From NCBI GenBank assembly GCA_951406725.2, contig OX597814.1, forward strand, positions 169,280,001 to 169,404,000: a stretch of 124,000 nucleotides of DNA. Reading direction: 5' to 3'. A program made the translations under genes and the position numbers. A model generated the notes under the pieces. It did no database searches. It worked only from the letters and a program-made list of their open reading frames with translations, and was not told the DNA's origin. This DNA comes from Octopus vulgaris (Eukaryota). Shown here one piece after another: positions 71,745 through 83,810 of the stretch; the stretch's first letter is position 1; every line of letters begins with the position of its first letter.

Positions 71745-72323
71745 TACAGAGAGAGAGAGAGAATTCACTTTGTAGAGACACTATGAAAAAGACTGTCTGA
71801 TACAGACTATATAAATAATAATTGACAGACAGACAAACATACAGATGGATAGATAGATAGAAGGAATTCTGTGTGTCTGTGTTTGAATTAAGAGAGATGT
71901 TGGTAGAATTGAGTAAATAGAAACCAAAATGAAAAAAAAATCTGAACAATTTTATTCAGAGAAATATTGGAGAATTCTGTCTGTGAAATGTCGTTAGTGT
72001 TATTAGCAAAATGCTATGATCGTCTGTTTAATAGACTGTGCTCGTCTGTTTTTAATAGAACTGTGATCGTCTGCCTTTTCACCATTATTCAAGCAGACGA
72101 CACTCAAGTATATACTTCGTTGTTAGATGTCTAGCACTGCATCAGTCAATGGTTCGTGCCACCAATAACATCGTTTAGATGTGTACTAAACACACACACA
72201 CATAATTTTATTTCTATCATGTATTACTGCACTTCACTTAAGAATTTTTTAGGCAAAGTGTGGATGCAATTGGGGCAAGGTTTGTGAACTTAACTTTAGC
72301 TTGAAATTCTACGTTCTTTCCTC

Positions 72324-72740
72324 GGATCTTTTCAGTTTGAACGGCAGTTTTTAACATAATTTCTAGGTGACAAAAAAATTTAAAACTTCGTATAATGGTA
72401 GAATGTGTTTAAAAGCATCTTTTTCTCTTGGCTTTATTGAGAAAATTCTATAGTTTGTAAGATATTTTTTGTTTTCTTTTCTTCAATTTCTGCAATTTCA
72501 ACCAATCACTGACGTCTATTGAGTTAAAAAACATTCTGTGCCATATGAATATGTCCCTCGTTTAAGAAACAGATTGGGTTTATTTACATTTGTGAAGAAA
72601 AAAAGATACTCTTCCCCCCACCCCTAACCTTAACCCTAAAACAGATTGCTATGCAACAGATCAATACTAGGGTCATAATTATGGGTGACAATTTCATATG
72701 ACACCACTAGAAAAAACTGCCGTTCAAACCAAAAAGATCC
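72324..72740. mobile_element. Merlin-like MITE with 8-bp target-site duplication
   Basis: 29-bp TIRs starting GGATC (2 mismatches); CTTTCCTC at 72316-72323 and 72741-72748. Confidence 0.75.
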
Positions 72741-73128
72741 CTTTCCTCCGTCAGTGTTGCTTGCCACGGATATATACACACAGTTATTCCATTTTAGACT
72801 TACTTCCTTAAAAAAAAATTAGCCTACTGAGAAACATTTTCATCTGTTGTACGACTTTCATAACTGCCAGCAATTTTGAGGAGTCGGTTAATCGATTAAA
72901 TCAATCCCTATACTTGACCGGTACTTCATTTCATCGACCCCGGAGGGATGGAATGTAGAATTTGACAATGCTTGACAAAACAGTAATTCCTCGTATAAAC
73001 TGTTTTATCCAAATATATGACAAAATATCAATAACTGATCCATATTTCTAATGTCGGAATTCTCATTCAATTGAATGGTAAATTTAATACTTTTGGCAGT
73101 TATTTCAATAAACTGCTGAAATTAGTTA

Positions 73129-73793
73129 CAGGTCCTTGTCGACTTACGACCTATCCGACTTACGACCGATTGACTTTACAAAGACTGATGTGTCAGCTCC
73201 CGGTAGCAATAATAAATAGTTCAGTTGAAATCTAATGAGTTTAATTTCTTAGCAATTAACCCATCTATGGACGATGTCAGCTAACAAACGTTTCCCCTAG
73301 GTTTGGTTATTGATCGTCACTGTGTTGGATGACTATCCTGTCACGGAGATATTGAGGTACCACATATTTTTTTGTAAGACGACCGCTTCAGACTCTGAAA
73401 TTTTTGACTAACGCCTGTATAATAGTATAATACAGAATGATGTGTGTAACCATTACCTGTGAATGTACCTTACCCTTTTGTTACTGTATTTATTTTGAGA
73501 TGCTCTGTGTTTCTTCCAATTATTTTAAATATAACAAAGAATTTAGTAAAATAACATTGTTATCATTAAGCTAGTGTTAGGAACATAAATTGTGACTAAG
73601 ATTTAGTGGAAGATTTGAATTCAAAACTTATGAAAACAAGACATTTATACTAAAGAGCCAGAGCCGGTTTCAGCCGGGTTGGTAATGAAAGGGTTAAGAA
73701 TGTAAAATTATAAAACAAAGCTATGTAGGCCTATAGGTCGACTTTCAACCAGTCAGTCAGAACCAATTATGGTCATAAGTCGATGACAACCTG
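73129..73793. mobile_element. Pogo/Tigger-like MITE containing a nested piggyBac-type MITE (73473-73693)
   Basis: Outer TIR CAGGT..TCGACTTACGACC / GGTCATAAGTCGA..ACCTG, TA-flanked; inner CCCTTTTGTTAC...GTAATGAAAGGG-TTAA. Confidence 0.7.
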
Positions 73794-76700
73794 TATTACT
73801 AATTTCTGTGAGTCATTTGCAAATACCATATCTGCCAATAGTGGAATGTCTCTTATTTTCCTTGCACAGATCTTTCCGTGAAAAATTCATGATTTTACTT
73901 GCCGTTGGCAATACAAATTCATTACCAGTTTTGTGATTGGTTTCTTAGTTTTTGTAATTAAGTATACAGTTTTGTATGATAACTCTATATTTTACTCCAA
74001 CCAGTGTTTATTTTTCAAAATATTGTTTTGTCCTTTCAAAAAATTCAGCAATTTTCTTTGAAGTTATAATGATTTGTTTTGCCTAAGAAGCATGTCTACT
74101 ATTGAGATGTTTTAATTTAGAAAGATTTCATATTTTCATTTGCCTAATATTCGTTACAATTAAAGTGACTGGACGGTGTTCTTCATGCCTAAGAGCTAAA
74201 GTAAACCGATATTGGGAGAGAGAGAGAGAGAAAGAGAGAGTTCGGTCGTAATTTTAATTTTGTGCAGCATTATTCAGTCACTTTCAGATTCAGGTCACTG
74301 CTTCCAGCTTCTGAAAGAACTACCACTTCACCCTTTTAAATGTCATGTTCTTCTTTGACAAATTTAACCCAAATGAAAGTTAGTCAAGATGGCATTATTA
74401 CTTGTGTAATAAATTCAAAATTGAAATATTTAAAACCTCGTTTTTTTTTTTTATACATTTATTAAAATAATTAGATGCGATATAAAGTTATGCTGGAAAA
74501 CGGAAAAAAATTGCTTAATTTGTTGATTTTACATAAAAATTATACAATTACACACAAGTTACAATTAAATTAACTCAATGATACAGACTGATGCGACAGT
74601 TCAATCTACTTTCAGATTGAGAATTCAAAATCATGGCTGTAAACACACATCATGTTAACACCACCATTCGCAAATAAACATTTTCCTCTTTTAGTAAAAC
74701 ATACAGCCTGATCATAAATCAAGGTGCAAAGTATTGCGAAGCACAATACCAAAAACACAACTAATCATTAGAAAATGTTACTAAAGGTACGGAAATTAGT
74801 ATTGCTTACAAAATATACAAATATCTTGTTTGTATGTGCTCTGTTACTCTATCGACATGGGTCGTATTTCTAGTGGAAATGTATAAATAAAATTATGTAT
74901 ACACAACTCGTTTTCATCAGAAGGTGATAGAATGAGAAGTATGAAAGTGATAATGCTTTTTATACGCTTTAGCATTACCACAATTCTTAAAACTTATTGC
75001 CCACAAGGGGCTAAACACAGAGGGGACAAATAAGGACAGACAAAGGGATTAAGTCGATTACATCGACCCCAGTGCGTAACTGGTACTTATTTAATCGACC
75101 CCGAAAGGATGAAAGGTAAAGTCAACCTCGGTGGAATTTGAACTCAGAACATAACAGCAGACAAAATGCTGCTAAGCATTTCATTGGCATGCTAACATTT
75201 CTGCCAGCTCGCTGCCTTAAAAAGCATTACCACAATTCTTAAAACTGCCAGAATCTACAGACCCCAACTGAAAATTCAAGAAAACTCAAATGTCATCTGT
75301 TAGAGAAACACATTGGATCCATAACCAAGAATCGAAGCCTTGGTCTTTTATGTTTCGGTCTATTGTTCTTGGTATCTGCATTTGGAATTTATTATTTCAA
75401 CCTGTCAAATTGGTGAACATCTTAGGTGAGACAGAGTTCAGTTTAGATGTCCCGATCAATTCTGTTGTTATTGACTTAATTCAACTTTAGCACAGCTATA
75501 AATTCGAGTTACCTATAGAAACTCATTCTCTTTTCTCAGGAACTTTTAGAGAATTAACTTCTCTCTTTCTCTTTTCCTTTGCCACATGGTAGAGAATTAA
75601 CTTGTCATTAGTGACAACCACACGTGAGCAGGCTGCTACAACAACTGAAAGATTCTCTATCAAAACTAACATTTTTATTTACTTTCAAGCCGTTGTAGTT
75701 GTGAAAAACTTTGTTACGATTGAACAAAATCTATGGTAATCATAAACTATTTCTTTCAATACATCTGGAAATGGTAAACTATGCAACATGCAACCTCTCC
75801 TCAAATGCTTCCTTTCTCAGCCTTTTCTATAACTTGCAACGTCTCCTCTGTGCTACAACCTGCCAATCACAATTATGCCATTATATTCAATGACCTCTAC
75901 ATATCACATTTAACTGCTACAGTTGGTAACTCCCGACGCTTCCAGCACGCTACACATCTCTCGGGGGTAGAACATGAAAGACCATGGGATTGCACCTAGA
76001 AAGTTATCCTCAGAGGCACAAGTCCGAGCAAGGTTATTTATGGAAGACCAGCAGTCGCCCATAACATTCTCTCCTCTCCACATCACCGATGTTATCCAAG
76101 CAAAAGGCAAAGGCTGATACAGCTTAGCACCAGTGACGTCACAAATCATTTCTACAGTTAAGTGAACTCGAGCAACATGAAATAAAGTGTCTTGCTCAAG
76201 AACACAACATACAGCCCGGTCTGAGAATCGAACTCACTACTTCATGATTGTCAGCTCGACGCTCTAGCCACTGAACCATGTGCCTTCACATAGGGTAATT
76301 AAAAGCAGTAACGTTCATATACTGTTGACTCAAATGTTGCTGAAGGTGAGGTGTGTACATGTTTATTTATATACACATTTCAATACATATGTATATTTAC
76401 ACACAAACACACCTATGCCCAGGTAAAGGTTATATACAATGTGTATGTTTTATTGAACTTCGATTACGTATCATTGCGTTTAATCTCTATCACTCTCCCC
76501 TTTCTATTTATAAATGAGGGTGTGTGTATAATTTTTACAAGGAAAAGATTGAAAGTTACGTTTAAGTTTGTCTAACCTTATATATACTTTTTAGTTCAGC
76601 TTGTGGGTAAAGCATTGTGGTTGCAAGGTTGGTGTGCATACACAAACACTTGCAAAAACACTTGTGCAAAACCATTGTCAATATTGTTAGTTTTAAATAA

Positions 76701-77246
76701 ACATACATAAATACATAGTACATACAGTCTTTTGTCTGTGTATGTAGCTACAAAACTACTCACACACAGACCAATGTTTCCCAGTAGCTCGTATCAAATC
76801 TTTTCTACTTATTAATATATATATATAATCAATATATATATATATATTTCATTATATATTCATATATAAATTAATCCGCTTAAAATATAAGAAAACATCA
76901 TTTATTTCAATAAAACATATGATATATAATTAATCCCGAATGTTTAATGAAAAATGAATAATAAAAATAAAACAAAAAAAAAATTGTTCCATAATTATAA
77001 CCAATTCAACGAATTGTCCAATTTTAATCAGTATCTTGAGTTTAACGGCATTTTTTCTGGCTCTACATTTTTAGAACCAGTTAAGTACTGAGGTCGGAGG
77101 GATTGACAGGTTCCCTCTTCCTAAAATAACTGGCCTTGCGCTAAAGTTAGAAAATTTTGTTTGTAAGATGTTGAGACATCTTCTTCCCTTTCTCTTCCTT
77201 ATCTTCTATATTTTTTCGGATCTTTTCTGTTTGGCTGCATTCACAT

Positions 77247-78044
77247 TTAAGTATAGTATATTAATACCTCAAAATGAATACTGTTGGAAAAATTGAGATA
77301 ATAAGGATTGATTCATCACTAAAAGATATACCCATACCAACCACGGACTATTACATCATAGAATTAATATATAAGATTAACGAATTTATAAGATATATAT
77401 GTATGCTAATAAGGTTCTCATTTTATTAAATGAATAAATAATCCAACATTCTAATATCCGAAAGTTGATGAACAAACTAAATTTGTTTCTCCATTTTCTT
77501 ATTTGTATTATAAATTAAAGGTAAAAATATTTCTTTACCTTCATCCGTTTAATACAATAAATGAGTTAATTGCATTGCAATTAAAAGCATTTATGTATTA
77601 AGAATCTGAGTACTTTACCAACAGTATATTGGATAAATACTATCCCTTAGTGGGTTACACCCATAACCCCTAACTTACTTTGTGTTATAAAATTAATTAT
77701 TTGAGGAATATCTATTGCTAATACTTGTATATGTATGAATTATCTATGCAATATTTGGAGTATTGCTAGTATAAGTGAATGCAATTAAGTATAGTATATT
77801 AATACCTCAAAATGAATACTGTTGGAAAAATGGAGATACTAAGGATTGAGTCATCACTAAAAGATATACCCATACCAACAAAGGACTATTACATCAAAGA
77901 ATTAATATATAGGAGAATTTATAAGATATATATGTATGCTATTAAGGTTCTCATTTTGTTAAATGAATAAATAATCCAACATTCTAATATCCGAAAGCTG
78001 ATGAACAAACTAAATTTGTTTCTCTATTTTCTTATTTGTATTAT
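77247..78044. repeat. Direct duplication of ~265 bp of AT-rich sequence (77247-77512 and 77785-78044)
   Basis: Direct alignment by eye, scattered substitutions. Confidence 0.9.
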
Positions 78045-78621
78045 ATATATATATATATATGTATGTGTGTCTATGTTTGTGTCTGTATTTGTCCCCCCAA
78101 CATTGACAACCGATGTTGGTGTGTTTACGTTCCCGTAACTTAGCGGTTTGGCAAAAGAGACCAATAGAATAACTACTAGGCTTACAAAGAATCAGTCCTG
78201 GGGTCAATTTGCTTGACTAAACAAGTAAAAGAGTAAAAGAGTATACTGCTTAGAACACATTCAGATAAATTTGTTTTTTTTTTGGTTTTGTTGTTGGAAA
78301 TGGAGATCTTTACCATTTGGTGCCCTGTGCTGAATTTCCGAAATTTTCTGCATAAATGTAGTTTTGTATGCTAATTACGAAAATCACGTTTCTTTGTTTT
78401 TCTTCTTTTTTTTTTAGCAATACTTTCCAGCTTTTGCTCAGGGCCAACAAGTTTGAAGAGAGAGAAAAATCAATTTTATATAAATCAATACTCAACTAGT
78501 ACTCATTTTTTTCTACCCCGAAAGGATAAAAAGCATAGTTGACCTAGACCACATTTGAACTCGGAACGTAAAGAGCCGGAAGAAATGCCACTGAGAGTTT
78601 TGTCTGGTGCAGTAATGATTC

Positions 78622-78820
78622 TGGCAGTCCATTTTGGGGAGGGAATGAAGTTGAGTATATTGACCCCAGTGTTTCACTGGTACTTAATTTATCGACCCTG
78701 AGAGGATGAAAGGCAAAGATCAACTTTGCTTTTCATCCTTTCGGGGTCAATAAATTAAGTACCAATGAAACACTGGGGTCAATGTACTCAACTTCATCCC
78801 TTCCCCCAAAATGGCTGCCA
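78622..78820. repeat. Fold-back palindrome made of the SINE family B 3' half
   Basis: Arms mirror around GCAAAG-ATCAA-CTTTGC. Confidence 0.85.
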
Positions 78821-81097
78821 TAAGTGACAAAATTTGAAACCATTATTATGATTATTATTATTATTATTATTATTGCGACATAAATAATAAAAACAATATC
78901 AAAACAAACCTTTTAACATTGAAATTATTGTTAATTTTAGCCCAACAGAAGCCTCAATAACCGACATGTCAGAAATTGTAATGTGTTTTCCTAGCAACAC
79001 AGTACAGGTAGGTTGCCTCAAAACAATTGTGGAAGCAGATGAAATGATGTTCTCAAGGATACATTTAGGGTTCGGCTTCTGTGGTAGTTAATTTCTTTTA
79101 TTTGGAACTGGTGTACTCATTGAGCCACCTTACCTTTTGCTTTGCTGTGTAAATTAGTTTCATGATGTCAGTTCAGACTTCATGCCAAGATGTCACAGTT
79201 TTATAAGAAACGACCTGGGAATCCAAGACAAAATGTAAAGTTTCTTTACGATCAGTATATTTCTTTCTCAGCTCACATTTAACTACTCTTTTACTTGTTT
79301 CAGTCATGTGACTGTGGCCATGCTGGAGCACCGCCTTTAGTTGAGCAAATCGACCCCAGGACTTATTCTTTGTAAGCCTAGTACTTATTCTATCGGTTTA
79401 TTTAGCCGAATCGCTAAGTTACGGGGACGTAAACACACCAGCGTCGGTTGTCAAGCGATATTAGGGGGACAAACACAGACACACAAACATATACACACAC
79501 ATACATATATACGACGGGCTTCTTTAAGTTTCCATCAATCAAATCTGCTCAAAAGGCTGTGGTCGCCTCGAGGGTACAATAGAAAACATTGTCCAAAGTG
79601 CCACGGTGTTTGATTGAACCCGGAACCATGTGTTTCGAAGCAAACTTCTTATCAAACAGCACGCCTGCGTTGTGATCAGTAAAAAAAAAAAACCCTACGA
79701 ATCTTAATACACTTTCAAGAATAAACGAGTTCTTTTAGCCCTGTACTATTATAGCATTCAAACATATCTTGACAAAAGAAAATATAGCCATTGTTTGCAC
79801 AGTTAACTCAAGATACGATTTTCCCTAAACTCAGTAAGGTCTAAAGCAGTTAGCGGTAAACTGCAGCCTGTAGGACTTGGGACTTTCTAAATGGCACCCT
79901 TAACGAAAAATTACCTCGAATTCTTTTTAGCAGTGCGCCCACCGAACCCAGGTAAAAAAAAAAAGTTACAGGAAAAAAGTCACAGGAAAAAAAAAATGGT
80001 AACGCTAGCACTGTTTCTGCATCTTTCTCTAATAGAGAAGTTAACTGTCGAATTCTCACCCTTTTAAGCTTAATGTGTCAATCAGTTTCTAAAGGAATAT
80101 GCAGAACTGATGGTAAATTAATGATTTTCTTTCCTAGCCAAAATTGCGACTTCTTTTCTATGTGACTTTATTACCGGCCACTGCGCTAACCTGATGATGA
80201 ACCATGTCCCATGTTGCCCGCTTTTCGAAAAACGTAGCTCATTCTTAGTCTAACGAAGTCAAACTGAAAGAATACGTTAGGCAACGATGTAATTCTAGAT
80301 AAAATGAGATGACGGCAAGAGTTAGAATGTTAAATTACGAATACAGTTTATTTTGTATTATAGCTTAAATGGCTAGACACGGGAATCATTAATGTAATTA
80401 TCAAGATGGAATTTACGTGACACTGTGTATAATAAGGTTTAGTAAAATCCATCTTGCGTTAAAATATTAGTAGCTAAATATTCCACGGGTATTCGTATAA
80501 TTAGAGTAATTCTCAAATAGCTATTTGCGTCACCCAAAGTATACAAGGTCATGGCTTTTACATTAATACAGATCCCTTTGTTCATTTTATATTCTATTTT
80601 TATTTTTAAATTCCAATTATCTTCCCAATTTCACTCAAATAACTTGGGTCTACCCTATGTCACGGTAGAATACATTTGCCCAGTTATTGGTTTATGACAG
80701 CGAATCGACTTCTGGAGCATTCAACCATGCTTACGTTCGAGATTTCCTGTTTTTCTTTATTGGGTTTTTCTTTTATTTTGCTATTTTCTTATTTTAATAA
80801 ATTGTATTATTTTTTTCTTTCAATTGTTGTTGTTTTCCCGAGTTTTTATTGAAATATTTCCAGTGTTAAAAAAAAATTATAAAAAGAAGCACGTGTGTGT
80901 TCGTTTTTTTTTTTTTTGTATGTGTGTAATAAATACACACATACAAAAATACAACTACGAAGTCAAACCGAACACGACACGCAATTATACAAAACCAAAT
81001 ACATTCGCATCCATACAAACATACACAGCACGAGCTAATAAGGATCCCCTTTGCTGAACGTTATCGATTGAATTACAAGAAATAACAGCCAAATTAC

Positions 81098-81166
81098 CTT
81101 CCCCGTGATCCCAACTGTCTTATAATAGGAAGTACCCTTTAGAAAATATGGTCCTAGACAGAACAT
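81098..81166 (-). other. Candidate 69-nt exon (MFCLGPYFLKGTSYYKTVGITGK, or 5' UTR)
   Basis: Acceptor CTTTGTTTTTACAG, donor AAG|GTAATT, inside a repeat-poor CpG-retaining island. Confidence 0.25.
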
Positions 81167-83129
81167 CTGTAAAAACAAAGACATGTCAACCAGAGCTAGC
81201 CTGGGCATAAAAAAAACGCATATACCATTAAGTCGCGCACACATACAACGTAGATAAGAATTCTCATACATATTTATATTATCATGCATACATATATTAC
81301 ATACACATGCATGCATTATCAACCATAAAGACAAACATTCATTCACTTAATTTTCGTTTAATGGACAGAGTTTTGGAATAGTTCTTCCTGGAAGTCTTAT
81401 ACCTGATAGAAAAGAAAAAGGGTACGGTAGTAAGGATGCAAAAGTTTTTATTAAAAAAATGGAAATTTTTCCGAACAAATTTCTTCTGCGTTTAATTTCC
81501 ACTGTATAAAACAATAACTAAAAATATTACCCTTTTCCTTTCACATAAGGTATGGAACTTCGAGGGGGAAAAACTACGCCATTAAATGTAGGTATTCATT
81601 CAATTTTAGTCTCGCTACGAAAACAGATGTTTATTGCAAAAAGAAGAAAAACGAGAGAAAGAAAAAGAATTGGGGATCGTATATTTTGGAAAGATATACA
81701 AACATTTGTTTACATCTTGCAGTGAGGCTAAAACTGCAGAGATACCAGAATAAAATTCGAATTATCAATTAAACGGTGTGTATCGCATAATTAATGAATT
81801 AAATACCCCTCTTCGTTGTCAATGAATGCACTATTGTGCAAATTAGACCGGTTATATCAGCTGAATTCTAGTTTGCGTTTGATTTAAATATATAGCAATA
81901 CCCTATTAATCTCTCCGTGGGTAGAAAATGCAGATATTTGTTGTTATATACGATGAAATAAATAGACAGGGCGATCCCAAATTCTTCTCTCTGCCCACGA
82001 AGTGATAAAAAAAAACATTTGCTTATGCCCAAATTGTTGGCATTAGGTGTTTACCGACGTTAGATTTCAGATTATGCAATAAAATGCTGTATATTGCATT
82101 ATTAATTAATGAATTAGACATACATAGTCATTTCCACATGTTACATTCGGCAATGTACACCCACACGAAAGCGCAGACACACACACACACATAACTAACC
82201 TCGAAGCCGACTACACAAACACACAGCAGATACAATGGTACACATATGCACGCATACGTGACCAAGGAAATAATTACGAATAACACAATTATCCAAAGAG
82301 GCAATCACAGGCACGCACACATACCTGTCTGTCATAAATATATATATATACACACACATACACACGTTCACGCTGTATAGATAGATAAATACACGCATCC
82401 AGGATGTGCGGATACAAACATACACATACATCCATAGACTGCAAACACACACGTATATAGACACGCATTTCCGCTGTGTAAATGCATACATACACACATC
82501 CAAAACGTGCTGAGGCAATCACATAGCCAAACTCTTCACTCACGTATACATCCATTATATGCACACACACACGAACACAAATTATATATATCGACACATA
82601 CATAACACTATTTGAGCCACGCTATACACTATACCAATCTTTATATCTCCTAAAGTACACACACACACACGCGCACGCACGCACGAACACACTCATGTCA
82701 TCTTAACAATGGAAACAGACACTACATTGAACTAAGCGTGTGTGTATGTGTCAATAAAGCGAATAGCAAATTGTACCACGTATATATATATGTGAATGAG
82801 TGTGTGTGTAGAACTAACTGTATTGCGTATATAGAGTAAATTACATTATGTGTATAGGTGACTGAGTGCGTGTGTAGAGCGAATTATACTGTGTACATAT
82901 GTGAGTGCGTTTACAGCGAATTGTATTGCATATGTATGTGCGTGTGTGTACAGAACTGTTGTAATGACTGTCTAGAAATTATACTGTACGTGAACGAAGC
83001 TTATTATATCGTGTATGTGTTTGTGAATGTATCGTTATTGTAACTGCGTGTTTCTGGTGTGTAGTGCTTTATTGTTTGTTACTCGATGTGAATCTGTGCA
83101 TTTGTTTTGGTATGTGTTTAAGGTTGTAA

Positions 83130-83577
83130 TGCTATCTATCTATCTATCTATTTATTTATCTACCTTCCTACCTACCTACCTATCTATCTGTCGGTCTAAG
83201 TATCTATGTCTGCCTGTCTGTCTATCTATCTATTTATCTATCTGTCGGTCTATCTTTTATCTATGTCTATCTATCTATCTATCTATCTGTCGGTCTAAGT
83301 ATCTATGTCTGCCTGTCTGTCTGTCTATCTATTTATCTATCTGTCGGGCTATCTAAGTATCTATGTCAGTCTATCTATCTATCTATCTTTCTATCTATCT
83401 GTCGGTCTAAGTATCTATGTCTGCCTGTCTGTCTGTCTATCTATTTATCTATCTGTCGGTCAATCTAAGTATCTATGTCTGTCTGTTTGTCTATCTGTCG
83501 GTCTAAGTATCTATGTCTGCCTGTCTGTCTATCTATTTATCTATCTGTCGGTCTATCTAAGTATTTATGTCTGTTTG

Positions 83578-83640
<63 letters not shown>

Positions 83641-83641
83641 G

Positions 83642-83709
<68 letters not shown>

Positions 83710-83749
83710 CCTATCTATCTTTCTGTCTATCTATCTATCTATCTCTCTG

Positions 83750-83805
<56 letters not shown>

Positions 83806-83810
83806 ACATA
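83130..83810. repeat. (TATC)n array with a repeated ~45-60 bp higher-order cassette
   Basis: Recurrent CTATCTGTCGGTCTAAGTATCTATGTCTG motif. Confidence 0.9.

Noticed and set aside
80190-80240. CTGATGA...GAAA hammerhead-like spacing
   Set aside because: No helix II or helix I complementarity found
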